Counted from the first letter of the stretch, positions 20,134-28,608 are shown. The stretch: 64,000 nt of DNA from a virus (IMGVR_UViG_2228664000_000024:12205-76204), one strand, 5' to 3'. The notes: generated by a model from the sequence alone, not told the origin. Translations and numbers: made by a program.

Positions 20134-20336
20134 CCAAAGAACTATTACCACACCAGCAGCGTGTAGTAGATGAGCAAACAGAACTGGAGATTAAGCTAAA
20201 AGCTCTGCGTGATTTCATTAGTGGCAATCCAGTGTTTGATACTTTGCCTGCTGAGGACCGTACACTTATGAAGACACAGATGGATCTTATGTCTGCTTAC
20301 TCTAATGTGCTCAGTCTGCGTATTGCACGCTTCTAA
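20130..20336 (+). CDS. Hypothetical protein (68 aa)
   Basis: ATG overlapping the previous stop (ATGA); ends at a bidirectional terminator. Confidence 0.4.
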   Translation: MTKELLPHQQRVVDEQTELEIKLKALRDFISGNPVFDTLPAEDRTLMKTQMDLMSAYSNVLSLRIARF

Positions 20337-20342
20337 AAATTA

Positions 20343-20367
20343 AGCCCCTCATTGAGGGGCTTTTTTA
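20343..20367. terminator. Bidirectional intrinsic terminator AGCCCCTC-att-GAGGGGCT flanked by T/A runs
   Basis: 8-bp stem; TTTTTTATTA downstream and AAAAATT upstream. Confidence 0.75.
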
Positions 20368-21270
20368 TTATACGAATCCATTCTGTTCGAATTTACTTCC
20401 GTGGTTGCCAACCGGCTCTACCCCCGCACCCTGGTCTTGCAGTAACTGACAAGCTGACAGGTATTTGGTGTAGTAGTTGTTCCCTTCATGGAACCCTTGC
20501 TGAACGCCCTGCATGTTAGGGTTAAATTTCCGGGATGCAATGTAATACAGGATTGCCTGGAGATATTCCATAGGCACATCCAGGAAAATACGATCCGGGA
20601 AGTAAGTACCATCATCAGCAACTTTCTTCAGGCGTTTAGCAGTCGCACGATAAACAATACGTAGCGTCTGTGGTTCCAGATCATCAGGCACACGAATTGT
20701 GTTGTAAGCCTGTAGCTGAATAACACGTCCGTTGCGTGGCACAGCATTAGGCGTACCGTATGGGTGACGACGAGTGACGATAGTACCCGGTTCATCCAAT
20801 GTGTTCACATAACGCTTCTGCTTGCAGCATTCGCACATGTTATCAAACTGGTTTTGACTGATGATCTTGTTGCCGCAGCCACAGGTACGCCCCACTGCGT
20901 GAGGCTCCCCTGTGTCTACGCCGATAGGCATTTCCCTGCCTGCACAGTCATAGATCTCATAAATTTCCTGAAGATCATCCTCAAAGATATCCCCAGTGGA
21001 GGTAGTTAGGTAACTACCACCCTGAAGTTTACTTTGCTTACTTGCTACCGAGTTATCGATAACGTATACCGTCTGCCCTTTGCAGGTTCGGAGGAAGACC
21101 TCTTTACGCTTCACCCAGAAGCGAGAAGAGATATCAGCCATTGCTGCATTAAGTAGGACGATAATCTTGTTGACGGTGGCAATGGAAAACTCACCGTCTG
21201 CTGCCCAACCTGTCTGGGAGAATTCCCCGATCAGCAGGTTGTCGAGCACATCCTGTAATCTGAGTTTCAT
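20368..21270 (-). CDS. Hypothetical late protein with Cys-cluster (CGCGNK...CECC) zinc-ribbon-like motif
   Basis: 300-aa ORF immediately downstream of the terminase large subunit gene. Confidence 0.45.
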   Translation of the reverse strand: MKLRLQDVLDNLLIGEFSQTGWAADGEFSIATVNKIIVLLNAAMADISSRFWVKRKEVFLRTCKGQTVYVIDNSVASKQSKLQGGSYLTTSTGDIFEDDLQEIYEIYDCAGREMPIGVDTGEPHAVGRTCGCGNKIISQNQFDNMCECCKQKRYVNTLDEPGTIVTRRHPYGTPNAVPRNGRVIQLQAYNTIRVPDDLEPQTLRIVYRATAKRLKKVADDGTYFPDRIFLDVPMEYLQAILYYIASRKFNPNMQGVQQGFHEGNNYYTKYLSACQLLQDQGAGVEPVGNHGSKFEQNGFV

Positions 21271-21276
21271 AGTACC

Positions 21277-22887
21277 TCACACGAGATAGGAGTTGAGGCC
21301 ACTATTACCCCAACCATCGTCTTGTTGAATATCCCAAATATTACCACTATCACTGTAACTAAGGTTAGCTTCCTCTGAAGGTTTCCATGCCTTCATGTTG
21401 GCGAGCATAGACACAGTATCGATAGCATCATCATGTTTGGATTTGAAGCCAGCAAGAGATGCTTTGGTCAGTTCGTCCATCATCTCCATCAACGGTACGG
21501 AGTGTCTCATTTCTTGAGGGAAGTACATCTTACCCGCCTTGAAGAAAGGAACCACAACGTTGAAACGCTGCATCTTGTTGGTGTTCGGTCGGATCCCCGG
21601 CATGTCAGAGTTATCTTTGGAAGCCAGAGTAAAATAGTTATTACGTGTCATCATCTGTTCCTGAATCCACGGAATGAACCCGCCCTGCTGTCCGGTAACC
21701 TCAATACCTACTGACACTGGCTTGTACTTACTGTTAAGCATGAACAGATCATCCAGGTTTTTACCCATGTCCTGTCGCTTACAGATACCGTCTACCCAGA
21801 ACCAGTCACCGTTATTGTTATAAGCCCAGACCGATATAAACGAGAAGTCGGCTGCTTGCTTATCGCTGGTGGCAAAGTCAGTGGTGATGTAGAAGTTGAA
21901 CATATGCTTGTTGTTAAGCACAAGCTCACGGCGATACCAGCGAATATCACCATCGGCAATAAGACGATCTTCATCGGACATAATTCGAAGCATAAGCTCC
22001 TGGTTAAATGTCGCAATCTTCCCTGCCTTCAGTGCTTTGTCATACTGGTTTTTAACATACTTATAATCGAAACGGTCAGGCCAGCTACCCCGGAAGTCTT
22101 TCTCGTCACAAGGGAAACGCTCACATACTGGGTAGACGTTAACAGCCCATGCCCCGGACTCTACTGCCTTGTACAGAGGATCCCCTGCGTTAAACGGCGT
22201 ACCAGACCAGATCATCATGTTACGTTGAGGGTGCAGAGCGTACTCAACCGCCTTATACACCGTATCCTCAATCGCACTGATAACAGTAGGGGAACGAGCA
22301 TCCTCATCCGAAACCAGGTCATCGAGTACAGCAAGACGTGGACGTTTACCCATCTCTTTCGTACCACGCACCCCGGTCTTCGCACCGTAACCCTTAACGA
22401 CGAACTTGTTACCTTCGACGTTTTGGAACTCCCAACGGATATCAGTAAACTTGGCTACTGGAATATACTTACGCAGGAAGTCAGAGTTCTCGTAACGGAA
22501 CTCTAAGTTTTTACGCATGTTCTTCACGCCGTTATCCACGGAGTCCGATACGTACAAAGCAAGCTCTACAGATCCGAAGCCAGGAATCCCACCATAGGTT
22601 CCAATGTACAAGAACAGGTATTCACCCAGTACCGTCGTTTTAGCAGCACCACGGTGTACCATGTTTGCAATCCTGGTTTCCCCAGTACTTACCTGGTCGA
22701 GCATCTTATAGTGCAGCACTGGGGTTTTGTTCTCTTCACCCTGCCCACCGTTTACCATTTTGATAAACAGCACGAACTCTAACGCAAAGGGTGAAGGCAC
22801 ATAACCTGGATCGTCACTGTAGTCCACGTCAGACAGCCAGGCATCCACTGTCTTAGGGGTTATCATTTCAGCATTGGTGATGTTCAT
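21277..22887 (-). CDS. terL: Terminase large subunit
   Basis: 536 aa. Walker A-like HRGAAKTTVLGE. Acidic LAVLDDLVSDED (Walker B-like). Size and position as N4 gp68. Confidence 0.7.
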   Translation of the reverse strand: MNITNAEMITPKTVDAWLSDVDYSDDPGYVPSPFALEFVLFIKMVNGGQGEENKTPVLHYKMLDQVSTGETRIANMVHRGAAKTTVLGEYLFLYIGTYGGIPGFGSVELALYVSDSVDNGVKNMRKNLEFRYENSDFLRKYIPVAKFTDIRWEFQNVEGNKFVVKGYGAKTGVRGTKEMGKRPRLAVLDDLVSDEDARSPTVISAIEDTVYKAVEYALHPQRNMMIWSGTPFNAGDPLYKAVESGAWAVNVYPVCERFPCDEKDFRGSWPDRFDYKYVKNQYDKALKAGKIATFNQELMLRIMSDEDRLIADGDIRWYRRELVLNNKHMFNFYITTDFATSDKQAADFSFISVWAYNNNGDWFWVDGICKRQDMGKNLDDLFMLNSKYKPVSVGIEVTGQQGGFIPWIQEQMMTRNNYFTLASKDNSDMPGIRPNTNKMQRFNVVVPFFKAGKMYFPQEMRHSVPLMEMMDELTKASLAGFKSKHDDAIDTVSMLANMKAWKPSEEANLSYSDSGNIWDIQQDDGWGNSGLNSYLV

Positions 22888-23606
22888 GCTTTCTCACCCT
22901 CAATCAGGCGTCCACCAGCAATCTGCCCGGCTGTCTGAGCACCAGAGCGTATAGTTTCCTGCTGTGCCTGTACCAGATTACCCACAGCCGCACGCAGAGC
23001 ATCCAACGTACCATCGTCCTTGTGGTTGATATCCAATTCAACCTTCTTGGTTTCTGGTGGCTTAAGGTGACTCATCAGACTGTTGGCTGCATCACTACGT
23101 ACCTTTTCACTGGTAGCAGTCATCATGATCTCAGCCTGTGTCTGCACAGCCTTCCAGAAGAAATCACGCCCCAGGATATGAACAGGAATCATAGCCTGTT
23201 CCATAATCAAGCCTACCAGCTTGTTATTGTGGTAAGCATGAACGTAACTGGAGATGGCCTTAGCAGTCGTACCTTTCTGCATGAAGTAGTTATAACGCTC
23301 AGGGAACGTCTTAATGTAAGCATCCTGGTTGTTCAACCCCATCAGCTTATAGCTGACATAGCGTACTGCATCCAGATAGCTTTCCAGCTTGTACTTACCC
23401 TCACGCATAACATGAGCATACGTAAGCAGGTTCTCACGATACTGCCCATAGAATGCAGGGTCACTGATTGCTTTGTTAATATTCTGAAGGACTGTATCTG
23501 TCACTGACTTACGTACAGTATCTGGCAGTGCAGCCCTTAACTCATCTATCGTTAACTTTGACATAAGGTATAGGCTCCCTATAGGTTTTAGTGGAGTATA
23601 TGCCAA
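22884..23606 (-). CDS. Hypothetical protein upstream of terL (small terminase subunit candidate)
   Basis: 240-aa ORF; ATGA overlap with the terL start. Confidence 0.35.
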   Translation of the reverse strand: MAYTPLKPIGSLYLMSKLTIDELRAALPDTVRKSVTDTVLQNINKAISDPAFYGQYRENLLTYAHVMREGKYKLESYLDAVRYVSYKLMGLNNQDAYIKTFPERYNYFMQKGTTAKAISSYVHAYHNNKLVGLIMEQAMIPVHILGRDFFWKAVQTQAEIMMTATSEKVRSDAANSLMSHLKPPETKKVELDINHKDDGTLDALRAAVGNLVQAQQETIRSGAQTAGQIAGGRLIEGEKA

Positions 23607-23615
23607 GGAGCCTCT

Positions 23616-23864
23616 ATGTTTAAATATTTCATTGCTTTTGTCGTTAGCTTTGCTTTGGGATTCTTTATCAATACCCTGCTACAACCTGACACATCTAAAC
23701 CAGTAGAAAAGACAGTCACAGTAACGAAGGTAGTTACTAACCCTGGTGTACCGGAAACTATCCGGGTGTTCCATGATGATAGCCGGGGTGTAACTTGCTA
23801 TGAGGGTAAGCAGTCACCTTTACTGTCTTGTGTACCTGATACACAGCTTCGACCTAAGCTATAA
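23616..23864 (+). CDS. Small membrane/secreted protein (82 aa)
   Basis: RBS AAGGAG; N-terminal hydrophobic helix. Confidence 0.45.
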   Translation: MFKYFIAFVVSFALGFFINTLLQPDTSKPVEKTVTVTKVVTNPGVPETIRVFHDDSRGVTCYEGKQSPLLSCVPDTQLRPKL

Positions 23865-23865
23865 A

Positions 23866-23879
23866 TTTTTATAATTTTT
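23866..23879 (+). promoter_or_regulatory. TTTTTATAATTTTT box (copy 1) containing a perfect TATAAT
   Basis: Identical 14-mer repeated at 24075-24088. Confidence 0.35.
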
Positions 23880-23892
23880 ATGAGGAAATTTT

Positions 23893-24057
23893 ATGGGTAA
23901 ACGGATAGCGGTAGCTTGGCGTGTACAGTTCACTAACCCTGAATCATCAGGCAGTAACTTTACCAAGATATACGATAACGAAACAGAGAAAGATAAGTGG
24001 GTACACTTACACCAATTAGGAGGTTTTACCGTTAAGGTTACTCCCCTCTATGAATAA
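23893..24057 (+). CDS. Small hypothetical protein (54 aa)
   Basis: RBS GAGGAAA; ORF shorter than the track cutoff. Confidence 0.35.
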   Translation: MGKRIAVAWRVQFTNPESSGSNFTKIYDNETEKDKWVHLHQLGGFTVKVTPLYE

Positions 24058-24074
24058 AAAGTTTGAGGAAAAAC

Positions 24075-24088
24075 TTTTTATAATTTTT
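24075..24088 (+). promoter_or_regulatory. TTTTTATAATTTTT box (copy 2)
   Basis: Identical to 23866-23879. Confidence 0.35.
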
Positions 24089-24258
24089 CTCATTTAGGTA
24101 CGGATGCACTACTTACTACTCTGGCTGTTAGAAATCTGGGACTCCCCCCGGTGTCATCGCTGTAGAAAAAGAATTCTTACTCCTTACACAAATAAACTTA
24201 AGGCCATAGGCCATGCTGTGAGCAATGGTGCTCATCATACATGTATGGAGTAATACAA

Positions 24259-24531
24259 ATGTCTAACGTATCTAACGTAGCTAAGCCTTCTCTCTTCGCA
24301 GCAATCACTGGTGCTGTTGTCTCTACTGTGTCAGTGGTAACTACTACTGCTGAAGCCATGAACTCACTGGCTAATGCTGGTAACCAACTGGCTAAGGTAG
24401 CAGAGAACAAAGCTACTCGTTTCGGTGAACTCATCGAGATGAAAGACCAGATGACTTACAACGCAATGAAGCATGAGCTTGACCAGCAGGTTGCTGCTCT
24501 CGCTGCATCTCTCGATACCAAACGTAAGTAA
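24259..24531 (+). CDS. Hypothetical protein (90 aa), Ala/Thr/Val-rich N-terminus
   Basis: RBS GGAGTAA upstream of ATG 24259. Confidence 0.45.
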   Translation: MSNVSNVAKPSLFAAITGAVVSTVSVVTTTAEAMNSLANAGNQLAKVAENKATRFGELIEMKDQMTYNAMKHELDQQVAALAASLDTKRK

Positions 24532-24625
24532 GGGCTAAGCCAACATGAACTACATCATCAAGTTTGAAATTGCTGTACGAGTGTTGGCTTATCGCATTCG
24601 TCACTGGTACTGGAAGTAATCCATA

Positions 24626-24655
24626 GCTCACCTTCGGGTGAGCTTATTCTTTTTA
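24626..24655 (+). terminator. Intrinsic terminator AGCTCACC-ttcg-GGTGAGCT plus U-tract
   Basis: UUCG tetraloop, 8-bp stem, TATTCTTTTT. Confidence 0.8.
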
Positions 24656-25139
24656 CACAAGTACACAACTACACAATCAACCTATGACAGTAAGGTGCGC
24701 TAAGCAGGTTCAAAACTTATGGCAATTTACTCGCGCTAGGTATGCCACCTGGAATTCATATACAGATATTCACTTATCGATTTTACTCATAACACTTATC
24801 GAAAAAATGAGTTAGTCAAAAGGGTTGACAGCAAGGTACAGTAAATACATAGACACTTATTACTTAACTTACTACTTCAATCTAACTTAGCTTTGTTTAC
24901 CTCTATCTTATCAACTACTATCTCTATACCTATACTTACCCTATACACTATCTCTATGTATACCTTACATATACCTATAACCTTATAAACACTATGTATA
25001 TAAGTATGGGTATCCTATCTATAACTAGTGAGTACATCGTAGGTACGTAGTACCGTAGATGTACGAACGGTAGATAGTTATATCTATGTCCATAGGACAT
25101 TAAGTGGAGTAATACACTTAACCAATCGGAGATATAACT
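24656..25139. repeat. About 480-bp non-coding AT-rich region with short direct repeats (ACTATCTCTAT x2; CGTAG iterons x3-4)
   Basis: No ORF of 60 aa or more. Pyrimidine-rich plus strand. Repeated ctat/atac/tacc units. CGTAG repeated at 8-14 bp spacing around 25036-25075. Confidence 0.5.
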
Positions 25140-25358
25140 ATGCAAACTAACACTACTCTGTTCTACGTTGATAGCCGTCCTCAATACGGTGAGTTCATTC
25201 AGGCTCAGTATTCACACTGGGAACTATGGTTCTCAGAAGACCCTAACAAGCCAGTCATGCCTTTGGTCATTGACCATGAGTTTCCTGTTAAGCCTACTAA
25301 GCGTCAGGTGCGTAAGCTACGTCGTGCATTCCGTAAAGAAGCCAAACAATACCTGTAA
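25140..25358 (+). CDS. Small basic-tailed protein (72 aa), paralog of 25735-25995
   Basis: RBS GGAGA; C-terminus KPTKRQVRKLRRAFRKE. Confidence 0.5.
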   Translation: MQTNTTLFYVDSRPQYGEFIQAQYSHWELWFSEDPNKPVMPLVIDHEFPVKPTKRQVRKLRRAFRKEAKQYL

Positions 25359-25403
25359 TCACATAGGCCACTGTTGTGGCCTTTAACTTATGTGGAGTAA
25401 GCC

Positions 25404-25721
25404 ATGTCTAACTTATCTGAATGCTCACCTGCTTGTAATTGCATGTATTGCAGACTGTCACAGACTCCCTCAGAAGCTCTGAGAGCTGTTGATGCCAAAC
25501 TTCAAGCCATAGACACCCTCATAGCTAATTATGACAACCTGGAGCGATTCAGTGACCTTCCTGACGGTGCTATCTTCTACCTGGCACAAACCTATGCCTA
25601 TGGTGGGCGTCAGGCACTCATCAAGACACTGGAAGACGGTGGTGACCATAACGCATGTTATGCGGTATATGGGGGTATTGGTATCCACATTAACAATGAC
25701 CGACTGGTCATTCGTAAGTAA
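25404..25721 (+). CDS. Hypothetical Cys-rich N-terminus protein (105 aa)
   Basis: RBS GGAGTAAG. Confidence 0.5.
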   Translation: MSNLSECSPACNCMYCRLSQTPSEALRAVDAKLQAIDTLIANYDNLERFSDLPDGAIFYLAQTYAYGGRQALIKTLEDGGDHNACYAVYGGIGIHINNDRLVIRK

Positions 25722-25734
25722 ACCAGGAGTTAAT

Positions 25735-25995
25735 ATGTTGACTAAATGCAGTGTGTCTATTTCAACGGATGTAGTTTATGTCTCTGCATCCAAGTTCAGT
25801 ATCGGTAATGGCATCATTGAAGATGTGCCTGCTGTATGGCAGGTGTACTTCAGCCGTCAGACTGAACGAGAACATAACTATGGTCTGCCCTATGAACGCT
25901 GCTATGAGTTCGTGACTAAACCTACTCGTAAGCAGATTCGTAAAGCTCGTCGTGACTTCAAAGTGAAGTACGACATGTACGAAAACTACAACTGA
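25735..25995 (+). CDS. Small basic-tailed protein (86 aa), paralog of 25140-25358
   Basis: RBS AGGAG; C-terminus KPTRKQIRKARRDFKVK. Confidence 0.5.
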   Translation: MLTKCSVSISTDVVYVSASKFSIGNGIIEDVPAVWQVYFSRQTEREHNYGLPYERCYEFVTKPTRKQIRKARRDFKVKYDMYENYN

Positions 25996-26315
25996 TGCAC
26001 TACTACGAATCAGGTGCATGGTCATGGTCTATTGACGACTATGACCTTAACGATATCAAGATGAAGAACCTGCTCATACCGGGTTATAAATGCCCGGTTG
26101 ATATCTATATTAGGTCACCAAACCCAGGTATATGGGAATACCCAGACCGTATACCAATAGGACTTAAAGACATACCATTCTCTAAATGGAGATGGTGGGG
26201 TATGCGGTTCAATGGACTAATCATTGACCTACAACCGACAGCAATTTACTGCTGTCTCATAACCAGAAGAACAGTAATGGAATGCCTCGCTACTGTGCAT
26301 CGCAGAGCACAGTGA
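25995..26315 (+). CDS. Hypothetical protein (106 aa), Trp-rich
   Basis: ATGA overlap with the upstream gene. Confidence 0.45.
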   Translation: MHYYESGAWSWSIDDYDLNDIKMKNLLIPGYKCPVDIYIRSPNPGIWEYPDRIPIGLKDIPFSKWRWWGMRFNGLIIDLQPTAIYCCLITRRTVMECLATVHRRAQ

Positions 26316-26326
26316 GCAAAGCGAAC

Positions 26327-26339
26327 TGTGCATAGCACA
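26327..26339 (+). promoter_or_regulatory. Conserved hairpin, class ATA (TGTGC-ata-GCACA)
   Basis: 5-bp stem, 3-nt loop; flanks match copies at 29787 and 30152. Confidence 0.4.
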
Positions 26340-26374
26340 CGTATCGGAAACAACAATAACTAAGGTGCATAACT

Positions 26375-26464
26375 ATGCTTAATGACTTACCTCTTATTGC
26401 CCTCAGTGCAATCGTCTTCTTCGCAGCAATTTGCTACATCGACAACAAATATCCGAGGAAATAA
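26375..26464 (+). CDS. Tiny membrane peptide (29 aa)
   Basis: RBS AAGGTG; single hydrophobic helix. Confidence 0.3.
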   Translation: MLNDLPLIALSAIVFFAAICYIDNKYPRK

Positions 26465-26472
26465 ACCAGTGA

Positions 26473-26618
26473 ATGAACTACAGAAAATGTGGGTGAAAGC
26501 CTACGAAGAATACCTGGCACAAGCTAAAGCTGAAGGCCGGGTTGGCACTACATGGGTAAATGGTGCTCGTGTTCATGCTGATAATGTTATGGCATCCCTT
26601 AAACGTCTGGAGAACTAA
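26473..26618 (+). CDS. Small hypothetical protein (48 aa)
   Basis: RBS GAGGAAA. Confidence 0.35.
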
Positions 26619-26619
26619 T

Positions 26620-26709
26620 TATGACCATTCGTAAATCAACTATCCGTCGTATCGCTAAATGTACAGTGGCTATGGCTGCTGTTGCTCTCACTCTGTACGT
26701 GGGGGCATG
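26620..26709 (+). CDS. Tiny membrane peptide (29 aa)
   Basis: ATG follows the previous stop by 1 nt; hydrophobic segment. Confidence 0.3.
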
Positions 26710-26895
26710 ATGCGTAACGACTCTATGCGTAAAGAACTTAAGTTCAAACACGAGGGTGAAGACTACGTAGTAGTAGTTCAGTTAACCCGTAGAACTTTAG
26801 AAGCAGCAAAGAATAAAGCGAAGAGTAACAACGGTACTGTGCTATACAGCGCCAAACTATTCGCTATGTCTACCTGGAGGAATATATTCAAATGA
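26707..26895 (+). CDS. Small basic protein (62 aa)
   Basis: ATGA overlap. Confidence 0.4.
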   Translation: MMRNDSMRKELKFKHEGEDYVVVVQLTRRTLEAAKNKAKSNNGTVLYSAKLFAMSTWRNIFK

Positions 26896-27206
26896 ACGTA
26901 CATGATGCAATCGTTAAAGCCAGACAAGAAGGATGGGAGATGAGACTCGAAAGAGATCATCTGCGTGAGTTCGCTGAACCTCAAATCCGTAAACGTCTGG
27001 TAGAAACTCGTCTGGGCTATAGATATTACGTTATGCGTATCGAAATCCAGATTGGTGAAGACCTGTATTACCATATGGCTACCGAGTGCAAAGTGGATGA
27101 CACTACCAAGCTTCCAATACTTGAAGAGGTTGCTGGTAAAGTATTTAGACGCTACCACAGTGGTGGTCAAATTAACCTGTTACATTGGCAGAAGGTGGAG
27201 TTCTAA
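26892..27206 (+). CDS. Hypothetical protein (104 aa)
   Basis: RBS GGAGG; ATGA overlap. Confidence 0.5.
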   Translation: MNVHDAIVKARQEGWEMRLERDHLREFAEPQIRKRLVETRLGYRYYVMRIEIQIGEDLYYHMATECKVDDTTKLPILEEVAGKVFRRYHSGGQINLLHWQKVEF

Positions 27207-27385
27207 TGAAATTCAAAGATATCCCTGAACAAGCACACTTCAGCTTAACTGAAGATGAGCGTATTGGGCTGGATATAACTTACATTAAATCCTACCAGAA
27301 TGCTGGTAGGTATAACGCAGTTAAACTAGGTAAGTTAACTGTACCAGTCCTACTCCAGCCTGATTTCGAAGTTACTCTAAAATAA
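27206..27385 (+). CDS. Small hypothetical protein (59 aa)
   Basis: Overlapping start; ends at a terminator. Confidence 0.4.
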   Translation: MKFKDIPEQAHFSLTEDERIGLDITYIKSYQNAGRYNAVKLGKLTVPVLLQPDFEVTLK

Positions 27386-27408
27386 GCCCTTCGGGGCTTA
27401 TCTTTTTT
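27385..27408 (+). terminator. Intrinsic terminator AGCCC-ttcg-GGGCT plus TTTTTT
   Basis: UUCG tetraloop plus U-tract. Confidence 0.75.
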
Positions 27409-27425
27409 AATGCACTCCGTGCATT
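27409..27425 (+). promoter_or_regulatory. Conserved hairpin, class GGA (AATGCAC-tcc-GTGCATT; GGA loop on the template strand); candidate vRNAP-type hairpin promoter
   Basis: 7-bp stem, 3-nt loop. Shares GCACTCCGTGCRTTG(N2-3)TGAGTT with the copy at 34016. Lies between a terminator and the next gene. Confidence 0.45.
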
Positions 27426-27454
27426 GTAATGAGTTAGTAACTTAGGAGTAACCA

Positions 27455-27742
27455 ATGAAAGAAATAACCTATTGGGTAATTAGACACATACCCACTAAAC
27501 GTATCCTTGCTACTGCTGACAGCGTAGGCAAGGGCAGAGGTAATACTCGTGTTGATATTCAAGACACAGGTTTACCTCGACTGTTTGAAACAGAGAGGCG
27601 AGCTAAATATTGTCTCGCTCGCTGGCTTGAAGGTAAATTCCATATGACCTGGGAAGATGGAATTGAAGTTAGCACTCCAGCTATTCCTCGTATAAAGGAG
27701 GATATGGAAATCATACCTGTTCAACTTAAGGTGATGGTATGA
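27455..27742 (+). CDS. Hypothetical protein (95 aa)
   Basis: RBS AGGAGT. Confidence 0.5.
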   Translation: MKEITYWVIRHIPTKRILATADSVGKGRGNTRVDIQDTGLPRLFETERRAKYCLARWLEGKFHMTWEDGIEVSTPAIPRIKEDMEIIPVQLKVMV

Positions 27743-28041
27743 AGACTATTAACTTATGTTATCAAACAGGTAAATACACTTTTATTCTCACACTTGATGA
27801 GGGTGCTATACATAACTTAAAAACCAGAAGATTAATGGGTATGCACAAGCATACAGGTAAGTGGCCTATGTTAATTATGGAGACTGACCGCATAGCGTTA
27901 TACCCGAATGATCTTCATCGTATGTATACCATCCCAGAAACTGGTATGCGTATTCACCTCAATGTACCTATTGCACCTGATGCAATGTGTTGGGTATGCC
28001 CTACAACTGATGAGCTTAATGCTCTTATCTATTTCGAGTAA
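27739..28041 (+). CDS. Hypothetical protein (100 aa)
   Basis: ATGA overlap. Confidence 0.5.
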   Translation: MKTINLCYQTGKYTFILTLDEGAIHNLKTRRLMGMHKHTGKWPMLIMETDRIALYPNDLHRMYTIPETGMRIHLNVPIAPDAMCWVCPTTDELNALIYFE

Positions 28042-28047
28042 ACAACT

Positions 28048-28227
28048 ATGGTTGATATCGAATATAAACTCATTAGAAATGAGAATAAGTCTTCCAAATA
28101 CCCGTGGGTAGTTATTAAGAGCTATCCAGGATTCTTTCACTATTTCTACTGTTCTGATAAACAAAAGAAAGATTTCCCTAACTTAGCTGACTTATATAAA
28201 GAGGCCCGTAAAAATGGCAAAGCGTAG
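28048..28227 (+). CDS. Small hypothetical protein (59 aa)
   Basis: ORF just below the track cutoff; tight packing. Confidence 0.35.
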   Translation: MVDIEYKLIRNENKSSKYPWVVIKSYPGFFHYFYCSDKQKKDFPNLADLYKEARKNGKA

Positions 28228-28498
28228 ACTGCGTGCATTCAATGCTACAGCATTGTATATCCACATGACCCCAGAGTTACTGAAGAATCTGAAGATTAAA
28301 CTTCAGGTGCTTAAGGCCCCTTATGTGGAAATGAAATTGCCTACATTCAGAAACCAGCATAAGAAATCAACCAAGCAAATAAAGGTTGGTGATGGCCTAT
28401 GGATCGAAGCTCAGCTTATGTATCCTGACCTCTGTAAGGCTGGTACATATCTGGAAGCTTATTGGCGCTTTAATCTGACCCGGAGGATACCCTTCTAA
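28214..28498 (+). CDS. Hypothetical basic protein (94 aa)
   Basis: ORF overlaps the upstream end by 14 nt. Confidence 0.4.
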   Translation: MAKRRLRAFNATALYIHMTPELLKNLKIKLQVLKAPYVEMKLPTFRNQHKKSTKQIKVGDGLWIEAQLMYPDLCKAGTYLEAYWRFNLTRRIPF

Positions 28499-28608
28499 AA
28501 CTACGGTTTGGGGCAAATCCTACCTTGATGAGCTTGTGTCATTTACTGAGGCAGTTACTCAAACTGAACTTAGTAGAAGCCAGAAACAATTAATGGGAGT
28601 TTTAACTC

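Noticed and set aside
24800-24845. Sigma70 promoter from TTGACA at about 24815
   Set aside because: A perfect -35 hexamer is present, but no acceptable -10 lies at 15-19 bp spacing.
24656-25139. CRISPR array, or rRNA/tmRNA gene
   Set aside because: The repeats are short (5-12 bp), irregularly spaced and not separated by unique spacers of constant length, so this is not a CRISPR array. There are no conserved rRNA or tmRNA motifs. It is better explained as an origin or promoter region.
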